64,000 nt of DNA from Octopus sinensis. Taxonomy: Eukaryota. This document shows, piece by piece, positions 51,201 to 64,000 of the stretch. Numbering within the stretch: position 1 is the first letter of the stretch; each line of letters opens with the position of its first letter. The stretch is from positions 15,996,001-16,060,000 of the forward strand of contig NC_043017.1 of NCBI RefSeq assembly GCF_006345805.1, written 5' to 3'. Under the pieces are notes generated by a model, which did no database searches, was not told the DNA's origin, and saw only the letters and a program-made list of their open reading frames with translations. Position numbers and translations under genes: made by a program.

Positions 51201-52751
51201 AATAATTGAGTGAGATATAATTACTATTTCTAGCAGGTTGAATAAGCACATTAAGGCTCTCTGATTGGTTGCTAAGCTGTTGTTTAACCCAAGGTCAGCA
51301 CTGATCCAGTAGAGAGATATTCAAAGACGTTTCAGCTCTAATCATCTCATCTTATCTGAGAAATAGGCAGTGTGATTCGAGGGAGACTTGGCTGTTATAT
51401 CTAGAAGGTCAAACTATCATCACACAGCGGTTCATTCACGGGTTCAGCAGGCCGTTCTGCATTACGGGTCTTCATCACCAGCTGCAGTCAGCTCTCAAGA
51501 TTTACTGAAGACACACACAGTACAAGGGAGATCACTCTTTACACGTTACTACACTCACTGCAATGAAATACAGGAATATTTCGTGGAGGGAGAAAGAAAA
51601 GCAAAAACAACTGAATTTGACGATTCATCACATAAGAGGTGAGAGTAAGTGGTGGGAGCATGCACTGTTGCCACATTATTCACCATTTATCAGTTTCATC
51701 CTGGGTGAGCCCTTGAGCATATTCTCAAGTCTCCATCTCTGTGAGATACCTCCTCATCTGCCATGTGGTCAATCAACATGCCACATGTTCATAGAGATGG
51801 AGACTGACTGGGAGTATGCTCAGAACATGAGCTGTCAACCGAGTCAGATCCTCAATGAAGAGAACACAGCAAGTAGGGCTTTTGACATGGGGAAACCCAG
51901 CAACATGGCCAAACAGTCTGGGATCAGACAAGTAATGGGATGCAACCCAGTTTCTGAGGAACCCCTAATCCTGCAAAGTGTCCTGGTGCCAAAGCAGCTC
52001 AGGCAGCTTTTAAGGGCTCCAAACAGTGTCCAAATCTCCCAACCAGGGAGAACCAGAAACCTAATGAGTTTAAGGATCTGGGAGACCCACAAAGCAAATG
52101 AAAAATAAAGTGTGAGGGGAAAAATGCAGGGTTCTCTCTGTTCCTGGAAAGTAGAATGTTGTGAAAGCATTCTGGATTAATAAGGTCTGAAACTCTTTGT
52201 ATCGAAAATCTGTAATGTTGACCAGTGAGTCTCAATATTCTCTTCTTTCTCATTGACTTTATTGCAGTTGTTTATGTTTTGGTCAACAGAATTGTCATTA
52301 AAAGATGTGAAGCTTGTATTCCTCACCATAATATAATCAGGATAACAGCAATCCTCCATGAAAATGGAGCAACCTCACAATGGTTTTGATGAGATGATGT
52401 CCTTTTCTACTGAGGTAGTGCAACCAATTGCTGGATTCTGCAATATTTTTGCTTGTTTTCTAATTTTATTATCAGCAACAATTAGTCTCTCGTGGAATTG
52501 TGTTCATCTGGACCCCTGAACTGTGACACTTGATCTCCCTTCTGTTAAAGGACCACGAAACGGCAATATTTTGATACAGTCAGATTAAGACTAGGAAATT
52601 TGTTTTATCTGCAAGCAAATATGGTTCGTTTATAAACAGGTTACATAAAGAGAGCAAGACCAGGTGTGGGTGTGTGTGTATATATATATATATACATACA
52701 CAATACATCTGTATACAAAGAGGACAAGACTGTGTGTGTGTGTATAGTGAA

Positions 52752-52757
52752 TTTATT
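52752..52757 (-). promoter_or_regulatory. Candidate polyadenylation signal for PRPF38B
   Basis: AATAAA on the minus strand at the end of a U-rich UTR-like stretch (52735-53370). Confidence 0.4.
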
Positions 52758-54766
52758 TCCTGAAAATCAACAGGAAAAGCTCACACAGAAAAAAAAAAGG
52801 TAATGATGTTTTAACGATATACAAATGATGGACGTATTAAAAGGCTAAAAATTTCAAAACAAAATTGATGGAAGGAGAGGGGGAAAAAAAAAAACCTTAT
52901 TAAGACATTGTTGTTAGTGTATGCAGGCTATAATAATAATAATAATACAAATAAGTTTAGATTATGTTATATATACAGCTGCAACTCTATACATCTTTGT
53001 TGAATGTGGACTTTTTTCTTGTCACCAGTTTTTGTTGTTTCCTTCACAGGTCTCTGTAAAAGTTGAATCTCTCACGCAGACAAAGACAAAAAAACAACAA
53101 CAAGCTCTCTGCCCCCCACCCCCCCACCATCTCCCTTCCTTGCACCACACTATTACATTATACTATGTCACCAACCAGAGTAGTAGCTTGTGGGGCAATG
53201 GTCAACAGGCTGAGCAGCTCATTCGCACACACACACACAATTCAAATGAAACTGGAAAGCTTCACAAAGCATTCCTCCAACTTCCACACGACCAGTCTTT
53301 CAGCTTCCATCAAGCTCAACTTTTGGTTAGCTGAGTCCTATCTTCTCCATCTTGCTTTTTCACTCACGTACCTACACAGAGATATATATATTATTAATGA
53401 TTGTTTTTCAGTCAACTTATAATGAAACCAATTTCAAATTACCAAAGAATTACTCGGTAGTTTTTGTGGAGTACAGATTTACTATCCTTTTACAAGAAGA
53501 GTGTTGACGGTGACTTCAAAGTTTTCACCTGCTTAGCCTTCATCAAAAAGTCCAATGAAAGCTCAGCATGCCCAAAACTTAACAGCCACCATTAACATTA
53601 TTCTTGTAAAAGAATATGATATATATATAAACACACACACACATATTTATATATATATTTGAATAAATTACTGGTGTGTTAAATGTGTTGTCTCAAACGC
53701 TATGCCAAACCATAGAACAAATCCGGAGTTCTTCAACCAACACCAATCTGAAGAGATCTTGGGTGCACACACAGCATCTTTACACACAGTTAGAAATGGT
53801 ATTCAGCCAGTGATAGAAATCCCAGCATGGGATTGAAACCAATTTAGCTAATCCCATCTTTTGTGTCCAAGAAGACTTGTGTAAAAAGAAAATATTTTTT
53901 ATACATCAGACGTTTTCACAGTGTTGGCCAAAAACCTATATGTATATTTTGTAGTACAGCATAGCATCTGTATAAACATACAAACACACACAATTGTTAA
54001 CATATACTGCACGAATTCACTGTAATGCGGACACAAGAAATGAAATGGCGCCCCAAGTGTCTGGAGATACCCTGACCCTACCTGGGAGGTACCCTGCATT
54101 GCAGAGTACCTCTATTCACAAGGCAGGTCTACACCATCTCTTACATCCACAGTTACACTTAAATAAATACAACACCCAACAGTGGTCGGCCACAGCTTGG
54201 TAATGTGTGTGTGTGTGTGTGTGTTTGTATGCACACAAATATATATTAATCTCAATAAGTATGTGTGTGTGTAATGCAAACACTAATCTGATGATGTTTT
54301 TATGATGCTGTGAAGTGTTGCCCGTTGAAAATGTTCAACAGTTGTGTATGTGTATGTGTGTGTATATATATGCATGTATACACATCCTTGACCAGTTCTC
54401 ACTGGGACTCATTTACAGCTGAGTGGACTGCTTCAAGATACAATACACCACCTCGCCTGAGAATTGAACCCAATGACCTGACCTAAAGATTGCAAACCTG
54501 ACACCTGACACACACAACTGCACTTAACTGTCTCTTTTGCTACACACATAAGTAACCCTTTAAGGGAGAATTGGGTATTGATAGACATACGCTTATTCAT
54601 GTGTGTGTGTGTGTCTAATATTTCTGCATGTTGTATGTATGTATATATACACATATATAAATATAGATATAAAGAATAACACAAATGGGGTTTATTCTTT
54701 TTATATCTACGCCGCACGTAGAACCAACCCTGAGCTGATCTTTGGTTTATATCAGATACATAAGTG

Positions 54767-54798
<32 letters not shown>

Positions 54799-55543
54799 TA
54801 CATATAACATAAACAATAACCTGTGGTTGTTTTTACCTCACTGAACTCAGTGTTAAGGTACCCAGCCAGTCCCAACATCCTACGTGTTGCTGATCCCAGA
54901 TTCTAATGAATTCTGTAACTAATCAACACACACACACATAATTACAAACAGAATCCCTTTTCCATCCACTCACTTTCACATGCTCTGTGACCCCTACTTG
55001 CCTATCAGGGCATCAAACATCTAAACAACCATAGACACACATATCATTACGCTTACCAACTGTGGCCCCTAGCAGGAGGGTCCCTAAAATAGGGACACTA
55101 TTAACAGCTGGTGGGAATAGCAACCACACCACCACATAGAACTACAACCATACACACACACATAACTCTTATCATACACACATATACAAGCCACACAGAA
55201 GACTACTGCTGTGTAGAAAATGAACAGCTACAAGCAAGGGGGTACATGCCCTTAACTAAGGCAGCGTTAATAGCCAATAAGGGAACATAGGTTATCAATC
55301 ACACATCAGCAGGGACACACTCACCTCCAGCCCTTAACTGCAATAGACAGCATCGATATGAGGAACACAGAGGAACACGTCTACATGGATACAAACACGC
55401 ACACACACACACATGCAGTGGGCATTTCTTTTAACTGTGACAGCAATCTGCAGCCAGTAGGTGGAACATAGCTGGACAACTGACCCTCCACAGAACTAAA
55501 CCCACCAGCAAGGACACCCCCCCGTCCTCACCCCCTCGCTCAG

Positions 55544-56429
55544 TCAAGCGTAATATTCACCGTTTTCTTTACTTTTGCTCTTAGAGTGTTTCTTTTTCTT
55601 GGCCTTTTTCTCTCGGCCCCTTTCAGATGACGAGTGTTCCTTTTTGTGGTGTGACCGACTCTTGCCATCATCGCCATCACCAGTGTTGTTGTTGTTGCTG
55701 TTGCTATGGTGACCATTGTCCTCCATAGTTGACCGAGATCGGGAATGAGACCGGGATTGCGTCGAGCGTTTGGCTCGCTTCTGTTCTTTGGTGTCACTCG
55801 GAGACTTGGAACGTTTCCTGTCTTTGCAGTGAGACTTTCTGGAATGTTTCTTCTTCTTGCTGTGAGATCTAGCGGCAAGGGCAGGGGAGGGGCTGCGGGA
55901 AGAAGCTCGTCGCTCCTTCGGCACAGAAGGTACCATGCCAGCACCTTTCAAGGGGCTTGAATTGCTACTGACCTTCTGAGAGTCTTTAGATTTTGAACTG
56001 TGATGACGGTGGTGATGGTGATGATGGCGATGATGATGATGATGAGACTGTTGCTGTTGTTGTTGTTGTTGCTGCTGCGGCTGCTGCTGTTGGTGGTGGT
56101 CTTTATGTCGACCATTGCGTTCCCTCTCCCTTTCGCGCCTCTGCCGCTCCCGCTCCCGGGCCAGCTCCACAGCAAAGTCGTCCATCGATGACAACTGTTG
56201 CTGTTGCGATGACGAGTATTTGTGGCTGGAACTGGAGGGTGACTTCCTGTGCGGGGACGACCGGCGGCTGTGCGGGGAACGGCTGCGTGGAGACTTGCCA
56301 TGGGGTGAGTGCGACGTTCGATTCTTGTCACCGACTTTGCTCAAGGGACTCATCTGGTGAGAGGAAGAGGAAGAGGAGGGCAGCTTATCGCGGGGTCGGT
56401 CGTAACGCCTTCTCTCTGGTGACCTTGCA
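55544..56429 (-). CDS. PRPF38B: PRPF38B RS/basic C-terminal exon (SARSPERRRYDRP...RERERQRRERERER...QQQQ...HHHH...RSHSRSRS...KENGEYYA*)
   Basis: ttttttgctctcttacag acceptor, phase 2, matches the upstream donor; 299-codon RS/SP/K-rich ORF; the 3' boundary may instead be a donor at 55561. Confidence 0.8.
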
Positions 56430-57549
56430 CTGTAAGAGAGCAAAAAAGAATCAGTGAGTACAAAGGGAAATAAAACAGGGGTTTAAACAAGGAAGGAATT
56501 GTGGGAGGTAAACCAAAGACAAACACGACAATGGCAGGAGGTAAACCAGAATGGTCAAGGGTCAAAAAAGGGGTTTCCATTCCTGTAATTATTTTCAATT
56601 AACATATTTAATGTTATCCACATTAAATATGTTAACACCAACTGACCTATGAATCTATTTAATTAAATATGTCAACAGTAACTTAACTATAGTTTTTTTT
56701 TTTTATGTAGATGTTAACTGTGAGTTCTAAATACAGAACAGAGATGATGATGATGATGATGATGTGAGCAGTTCTGCGAAAGGAGGCAGCAGAAACATTG
56801 GATTTCTGATTCTCCTTACATCAAACATTCCTTATTCTCCTTTGAACTCAAGTTGTCTCTGTCAACCCACAAAACCAGTTGTGTCACTATTCCTATCTCA
56901 CACGACTCTGCAAGGAGCAGAGGGCTCGCTTCCCGTTTCTCCCTGGATGGTGCACCAGTCTGTCACAGGCACAACTCATTTTTGCCAGCTGCAACGTGAA
57001 ATGCAGCAATGTGAAATGAAGAACTTTGCTCAAGAACACAATTATTACCTGGTTCAAGAATTGAAACCACAACCTTACAATCGTGAATTGAACACCCTGA
57101 CCACTAAGCCAGGTACCTCCACTGTATTTCAGCAAACTGATACACAACACCACTACTGCACCCTCCCCACCCAGTTTGTACTAAAGCGAAGTAAAGGGAA
57201 TCAATCAGTCGGTGGGTTGAGGGCAATGACTATCAACTGAGAAGAACTGGCAATGTACACCTGAAAGAAAACCTCTTCTGACCCAGACCTGGACCTACAG
57301 ACACAGAACATGGTCCCTGCATTTATGACTACAAAGAAGGGATACAATTACTAAAGAGCTGACCACAAGGTGGACACAATGGTCATAAACTTGATCCCAA
57401 GGTGGACATAATGGGAATAAATCTAACCCTGAAATGGACACAGGAGTGACAGATTGACCACAAAGTGAGCAGCGTTCTTTGTGCAACATGTGGTCAAGCA
57501 TTGTCTTGCAAGAGAACTGACCTGTCTCTATTGACCAATCTCGATTGTT

Positions 57550-58410
57550 TAATTGCAGGTTCGCTCATCATTTCATCCAATCGGTTGATGTATAACATCC
57601 GCTGGAATTGACTTCCCAGGTCTCATGAAGCTGTAATGGATGACACCAGTGCTGGACCCCCAAACAGACCCCATTTGCTCTGTTTGGTGAATATTCTTTT
57701 TTTGGATTGTGTTTCGGCACTTCGTCTCTATCCAACCTCCGTGCAGAATACTTGCTGTTGTTGAAAAAGAATCCATTTTTCATCTCACGTAACAATACAA
57801 TGCAAAAATGGTTCGCTTTTAAGCCACGACCTCAAAGAACAGCAGGTTTCAAGACGATGTGTCATTTGACGCTCGTTCAGTTCATGTGGTACCCACTTGT
57901 CCAGCTTCTTTACCATGACAATTTGTTTCAGTTGGTCCAGTACAGTTGGAATCAAAACATGAAACCTTGTTGCTAACGTAGTTCGAGATGTCTCTGCATC
58001 CACTACAGTTTCCACCTCATCATTATCCACTTTGGTCTCGGGTCTACCATGGGGTTGATTTTCAGGAGTAAAGTCACCAGACCGGAACTCCTCAAACCAT
58101 CGACGTACAGTGTGCTTATGTGCCACATCTTCACTAAACACGTCATTTATGTTTCGAGCTGTCTGCGATGCATTGGTTCCACGATGGAACTCGCATTCAT
58201 AAACAACAAGAATTTTTGATCTCTCCATGGGTTCACAAAAATTGATTTATAAGAGAAAACTCTCAATATAATCAGACACCATGAATTGCATTTCGAAAAG
58301 TGAGGATGTCATGTCTTCAATGTTGTAAAACAAAGAATTGTCAGAATAAAACATTAGAGTTGACGACTGACAAACTTGGTGAATAAGAAAATCAGACATT
58401 TCATCCTTAA
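57550..58410 (-). mobile_element. mariner (Hsmar1/cecropia-like DD34D) transposase pseudogene, 3'-truncated
   Basis: HTH domain, KKLDKWVPHELN, IVT*DEKW; TIR-like TCAGGTCATT at 58410. Confidence 0.9.
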
Positions 58411-58574
58411 TGACCTGATGTGTGTGTGTGTGTGTGTGTGTGGGGTAACTACTGTTGTTGCCCAGTCATAGATCATGTAGACCCAGCATCAAAGGCTCTC
58501 CAGCTGAGACCATCTTTATTATCAGGAATAGTGCATCTAGGACTACATTATTCAATGTCTTTGTTTCCCTAATT

Positions 58575-59653
58575 TAACCCTTTTCTTACCATTTCCCTGT
58601 TGAAATACACCGTCTTTGATCCAATTAATTTTGAGAATAATGAAGAATTTAGTAAAACAAGGGCACTCAGATGGCGCAAACCTCCACCAGGGCAACACCA
58701 ACGTCCTCTCAACGATCAGCCAGAGATGATTTTTAAAATGAGAAGATCTGAAATAAACTTGACTGCTCTCACAAACGAGAATACTAAAAATGAACGTGAC
58801 CATGCTCAAAAATTAATTTTAAAAAAACCCAGAAAAATAATCCAGAAACCTTGTCTGGTACCAGATCAATCCCAATGGTAGTCATGGAATGTGAAGGTGG
58901 CTGTAGAAAATTTAGAAACAGTAATAGATAGTTTATCCTTATCTAATACAAGCCAAACTTAACAAATTCACCATTGAAAATAGTTTCAAAGGCAGAGGTA
59001 ATAATAGTAAGTTCCACTCAGGAATTTTTAAATGAATAGCATGAGACCTTTTGGTTTTCTCTTCTCTTAAGTTCCGGTCTCCCTTTAGTATTCCTGTTGT
59101 TTTAGATTGATGTATAGATGTATGTATATATGCAAGTATACTGTAAAGTGTTAATATGTATGTATAATATATATATTATAAAAATATGTCAGTGTTATTT
59201 AATTTCTGAATGGTTTTGCTGCTGTTTGTTGATGTAGTTTGATTTCTTTATCCACCAGTTTCTACTAAGATAGAGACATGAGTAAAATTACTGATAGAGA
59301 AACGAAAAGAAAAGTTTGGAAACAGCCTAAAGGGAGGTAATTGAGAAAGACTTGAAAGTCAACATAAAAACGTAATCATGTAAAGTAAATATAACAAATA
59401 ATAATCCAGAACCCTTGTCTGGTACTGGTTTGATCCCTAAATCTAATCAGTTTGTGCCTGTCACGGCCAAAAGTTTCATCCGAATCCATCCAGCAGTTCT
59501 TGAGACATCTTGTCCATGGACAAACAAATGCAACTGAAAACAATATCTCTGCCTTAGACGAAGGCGGAGGTAATAATTTTGTCATTAACCTGGAGTTTGG
59601 AACATAAATTAATATGAAATTCTGATGGGAGATTTTAACTGCAATCACTTTAA
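58575..59653. mobile_element. piggyBac-type MITE interrupted by a Helentron/HINE-like element (58655-59574, minus strand)
   Basis: TTAACCCTTTT start; GAATTTAGTAAAA resumes as TAATTTTGTCATT after the insert, which begins ATTACCTCCGCC on the minus strand. Confidence 0.5.
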
Positions 59654-60734
59654 CCCTTTCGTTACGAAACCGCCCGAAAAAAATTTTGGTTAATGTGACC
59701 AAACCGCCCAAAGCCACCCGAATTTACCTATTCATATTTAAATGAGAATATCAGAGCAAATCTCTTTAGTACATTCGTAAAAATACGTATAATACTTCGT
59801 AAAGAGTTCAACTACAGTTTTGTATAAAAATCGAAGTGTAATTTTAATTCTGTGAATTTTGGGAGATTTTTTTCCGAAATTTGTTCCTATTGTGTTTTCA
59901 AAATTTGTAATTCTGACAAAAAATGGATACGAATTTCATTATATCAAGCAGCGAGTCAGAATTCGAAGGATTTTCTACTGAAGACCTTCATAAATCTAAC
60001 TCTATGACTGAAAAAAAAAAAAGCATGTGGTATTTGATAATGAATCTGATGTTTCATTTTCCGAAAGTGAAAACAGTGAATCCGAGAGCTCCGACAGTGA
60101 TAAAGAAAATGAATTGGCACCTGAATGGAGTGAAAATTTAAAAACGGTTTCTTTCGGAGATTTTTCTGAAGAAACTGGACCAAGCCACAGACTTTCCCAG
60201 AAGAGTAAAGCCTTAGACTATTTCTTTTTACTTTTTCGAATGAGCCTATTTGAAATCATTACGGCGGAAACGAACCATTACGCTAAATGTAAACAAAACG
60301 AAAGAAAGGATAGTTAGTGGTTTCCCATAACCTTAAATGAAATTAAGACTATTTTGCCATAAATATTATTATTATGGGTATCAGAAAGTTACCCAGAATA
60401 ACAAATTCTATCGTAAAATTTTGTTGTATACCCAATTGAATATTAGCTAATAACCCATTTTCTATAGCGATGTTTGAACAAAATTTTAATAATTTTATAT
60501 TTTGTTGAATTTACCTGTATCTACCTGCAATTAGAGTCACTTTGTGACAAAAATTATAGTATAGAATTGGTTGAGAACATTTCATTAAATTATCTTCCAA
60601 AAATCAAATTAATATATTGATAAATAAAAAAGTTATAGTTGTTTAATGAAACCAGACTAAATTTATGATTACGTTAGAAATTAATTGAAACACATAAGGG
60701 GTGTATTTTGGTCAGAAATATAGTAACGAAAGGG
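59654..60734 (+). mobile_element. Internally deleted piggyBac element with PGBD4-like N-terminal ORF remnant
   Basis: Perfect TTAA-CCCTTTCGTTAC ... GTAACGAAAGGG-TTAA; LDYFFLLF...IITAETNHYA...WFPITLNEIK. Confidence 0.92.
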
Positions 60735-61071
60735 TTAAACCCATTCCTGTTAAAATAAAACTGCTTCTGTTCTCATTTTAAAAATAATGAAGAATTTTAG
60801 TGGAATAATTTCGTTCTCTTTAATCTGGGGATTGGAACATAAATTAACTGGAAATTTTAATGAAGATGAAACAGGAAGTATGTATCATAGAAATGGAAAA
60901 AGGACGTTACATGATGATGATGATGATGAAGTAGGGGTGGTCTTGGTTGGATTGGAAAAAGGTTACAATGGTAGGGGTTTGTTACTTGAGAGAATATTTG
61001 GCTGCTATTTCTATTAAGTCCACCACCATTATCATGTAGCAGAGCTGCCCCCACCCCCGCCATTCACCTAC

Positions 61072-61352
61072 CTCTTACTATTACTCTCCACAGGTTGTTC
61101 CACATTGTGCCAGTCTTCATCCACCTCGGCAACCACCTCCTCTGCAGTTGACAAACCAGGGGCCTTGCTGGTGGTGTCGTTCATTTGGTTCATTGAGAAA
61201 GCCCTGGCCTTCATTTTCTCATCGAGATCCTTCTGTGTGGGTACAGGAATGCGAGGGAACAGGGTTGAATACCATTCCAATTTGGTCAACCAATGACGCA
61301 GCATCTCACCGATCGTCATACTGTGACCTCCACCGGCCTTCACATCAATTTC
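61072..61352 (-). CDS. PRPF38B: PRPF38B exon: EIDVKAGGGHSMTIGEMLRHWLTKLEWYSTLFPRIPVPTQKDLDEKMK...
   Basis: ttttttccaacag acceptor and AG|GTAGGT donor, 281 nt, phase 0 to 2; hallmark LTKLEWxSTLFPRIPVP. Confidence 0.95.
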
Positions 61353-61472
61353 CTGTTGGAAAAAAGAAAACAATTTTGAAAGCCCACACAAAAATGAAAT
61401 AATTTTAAGAGGAGCTTGAGGACTTGTTGGGGGCATAAGACTTAAGCTTCAATAAAGTAATAAGTCTCCATG

Positions 61473-61505
<33 letters not shown>

Positions 61506-61697
61506 GAAAGAATATCCAGTTATAGAAACAATGCACAAATGAAACAGGGTGATCCACCAACCCTAACCAGGAGGAGAGTGGAGAGTCTTGAATAAGAACC
61601 AAGTGTACATGACAATGTGTACAAACCATATCTGCAGGGGAAGTGGATGTAAACACATTAGAAATAAATAATTATCACTGTGTATATTGTATTTAGG

Positions 61698-61950
61698 AGG
61701 CACATGGCCTAGTGGTTAGAACAGCGGACTCGCAGTTGAGGGATCACGGGTTCAAATCTCAGACCGGGCGATGTGTGTGTTTATGAGCGAAACACCTAAG
61801 TTCCACTCGGCTCTGGCAGAAGGTAATGGCGAACTTCTGCTGACTCTTTCACCACTCTTGCAGCTCACCTGCGACAGACAGGTGTCCTGTCCAGGTGGGG
61901 AACCTATACGCCAAGGAAGCCGGCTCGACAAGGAACAAACAACAACAACA
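61698..61950 (+). mobile_element. Full-length tRNA-derived SINE with (AAC)n tail
   Basis: A-box TGGCCTAGTGG, B-box GGTTCAAATC, non-tRNA body. Confidence 0.8.
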
Positions 61951-62365
61951 TGTTGTATTTAACTAGTTTTTGTATTTGGATTAGTTTAGTTGTGGGATGG
62001 TGGAGAACGGGGAGGCACAAGGTATGAATGTGTCCTCTCATCTGGAACCCCTCAGCTGTTGTTGGAATGTCTTCTTAACTGGTCAGAGCAGATTTACATC
62101 AAAAAGTAATGACAAACTAGACTGCCATCGTCCATAGATGAAGGGATGCCACATGACCAAAACTTCCCCTCCCCCACCACTGCATTTCAAGAGACCACCA
62201 TTTATAACACCTCCGTTCCTGTCATGCAGTTACCATTGTCCAGCAAAGGAGAGGACTCCCTATCCATTAAAAAAAAACAAACAAAAAAACCATAGAGCGT
62301 CTCAAAATTGTAGTCATTAACCAATGGCCTTCAGTGGGGTCCTCAACAGTCTCATGGCCCCTTAA

Positions 62366-62586
62366 CCCCTTAGTGTTCACATTATTCTGCCAAAATTAAT
62401 CCTTTTTTATCCACATTGTTTTGAACTAACCATGCATTATCTTGTAGCTATGAGATTTTGATGAGGTAGCTGTTAATTTTTTAAACGATATTGTAGGGTT
62501 GGTGTGAGAGACCAGATCTGGCCAGTTTGAACATAAAACAGGCAGAATACTTTTGGCCGGATATGGCCGGTTTAGATGCTAAAGGG
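62366..62586. mobile_element. piggyBac-type MITE
   Basis: TTAA-CCCCTTAG ... CTAAAGGG-TTAA. Confidence 0.8.
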
Positions 62587-62890
62587 TTAAGGCAGCCCAC
62601 TGTACTACCTCAGAGAGGAACACCACTTTGACCCTGTGGCACACTGCGTGACACCACATATAAGCAAATGTGGCAGCTGCCTAAGAATCATAGCATCCCA
62701 TCCTACAACATAAGTTGAGTGAATTCACCACCAAAGTAGCAATGGCCAGAGGCTGATGTTAATTGGGACGTGGGTTTACGACACCCCTACCCCTGCTTAG
62801 AGGAGGTATTTTACTAGTTTGTGTCAATAACAAAAAACAAAACAAACAAACAAAAAAAGAGAACCTAGAAAGTGTGTTTGGGTTACATAC

Positions 62891-62951
62891 CTCTTCATCG
62901 TCCAGATATGGCTCAAACCAATCCCATAATTCCTGAGGTGGCTGAGTAAAC
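62891..62951 (-). CDS. PRPF38B: PRPF38B exon: (R)FTQPPQELWDWFEPYLDDEE
   Basis: ttttttattctccag acceptor and GAG|GTATGT donor, 61 nt, phase 2 to 0; Prp38 domain motif TQPPxxLWDW. Confidence 0.95.
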
Positions 62952-63139
62952 CTGGAGAATAAAAAAACAAAACCTCTTAAAGCAAAGAATTCAGAAGAGA
63001 GAAGGAGAGGGGTTAGTGAACGAGTGACACACATGATGGGCTTCCACATAGTTTCCACCTAGCAAATCCCCTCTTGACTTCTGAACCACACATCCATGCG
63101 CGAGTGGCTGCTTCAAAACTCTATTATATATATATATGT

Positions 63140-63470
63140 GTGTGAGTGTGTGTGTTTAGTGATCACATGGGTTTGGGTTCAGTCCCACTGCATGGCACCC
63201 TGGGCAAATGCTTTCTACTGTAGCCTTGTCAGTGGATTTGGTAGACGGAAACTGAATGAAGCCCATTGCATGTATCTTTGTGTCCGAGTTTGTCCCTTCG
63301 CTACTGCTTGACAACTGGTGTTGGTGTGTTTACATCCCTATAACTTAATGGTTTGGCAAAAGAGATCAACAGGCTTAAAAAAACCCAGAAAAAGTACTGA
63401 GGCTGATTTGGATGACTAAGAATCCCTCTTAGTGGTGCCCCAGCATGACCAGAGTCTGAAACAAGCAAAA
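63140..63470 (+). mobile_element. Family B SINE (diverged)
   Basis: GGGTTCAGTCCCACTGCATGGCACC..GGATTTGGTAGACGGAAACTGA core. Confidence 0.75.
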
Positions 63471-64000
63471 GATGAAATCTGTCTGTGCGTCACGAAAATG
63501 TTTGAAGTCTATTTCTGTAACAAGTATTGTGTCAATCACTTCACATGCCCAGTCTGGTTGGCCGTAGACGAGAACCACAGCTACAAAACTGAAGTGGCCC
63601 AGTCCACTGTTAACCAATAATTATAGAAGCTAACATGGGAGCCTCTACAGAGTGACACATTTGCTAGAAATAGCAGCAAGTGACCTAGCTGTAAATATGG
63701 ATCATGAGGTGAGGTACAATCGTAAGCAGTGGCAATACTGTAAAGTAGGGAGATGTTTAAGTTAGCTTACAGGGCAGGGTTCAATTCCTGCAGACATTTG
63801 AGACAATCTTTACGGACATAACCGGTGGGGGTCACAGTTGCTGACTCAACATACAAAACCCTCAACGGAATCAACTGAATTGCTAAAAACAACAGCCAAA
63901 TCACACCATATCTTATATAGGAAGGACACATTGTATAAGGTTGTTTAATAATAATTTGGCAGACAAATCAATAAGACATTCCAACCATGATCACATGCCT

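Noticed and set aside
55540-56457. Alternative-frame and antisense ORFs over the RS exon
   Set aside because: Shadows of a GC-rich triplet-repeat coding exon
61698-61775. tRNA-like sequences with A and B boxes (also at 45845, 21230, 41640)
   Set aside because: No complete cloverleaf; they continue into SINE bodies, so they are not tRNA genes
62952-63058. ORF extension upstream of the 61-nt PRPF38B exon (ALRGFVFLFSR looks like ALGFMYIR)
   Set aside because: It is the intron polypyrimidine tract; a canonical acceptor lies at 62952 and the true upstream exon appears to be outside the window

Overview
Repeat-dense, AT-rich animal genomic DNA. The SINE families and microsatellite load look like an octopod cephalopod; this is inferred from repeat recognition, not a database search. 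Three spliced genes lie head-to-tail on the minus strand. (1) The 3' exons of splicing factor PRPF38B (about 62951 to 55544; upstream exons lie beyond the window), with an RS domain carrying poly-Q/poly-H tracts. (2) A GAPR-1/GLIPR2-like gene with two tandem CAP domains (7 well-supported exons, 27872 to 17986, 423 aa, 5' end unresolved). Domain 1 keeps the His-Glu-Glu-His tetrad and domain 2 has lost three of the four residues. (3) A complete 4-exon MTRES1/C6orf203 orthologue (14618 to 7939, 258 aa). Exons were reconstructed by hand from GT-AG signals, phase continuity and protein motifs. The rest is transposon debris (Gypsy, RTE, CR1/L2-like, R4/Dong, mariner/Tc1, piggyBac, Tigger, hAT, Helitron, several SINE families) and long microsatellites. 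The most unusual items are the asymmetric duplicated CAP module with a frame-switching 77-nt exon, a 1.3-kb fold-back inverted duplication (40606-41919), SINE/LINE shared tails, and a nested transposon stack in a PRPF38B intron. I found no CRISPR array, rRNA or true tRNA gene, and no clearly new biological system.
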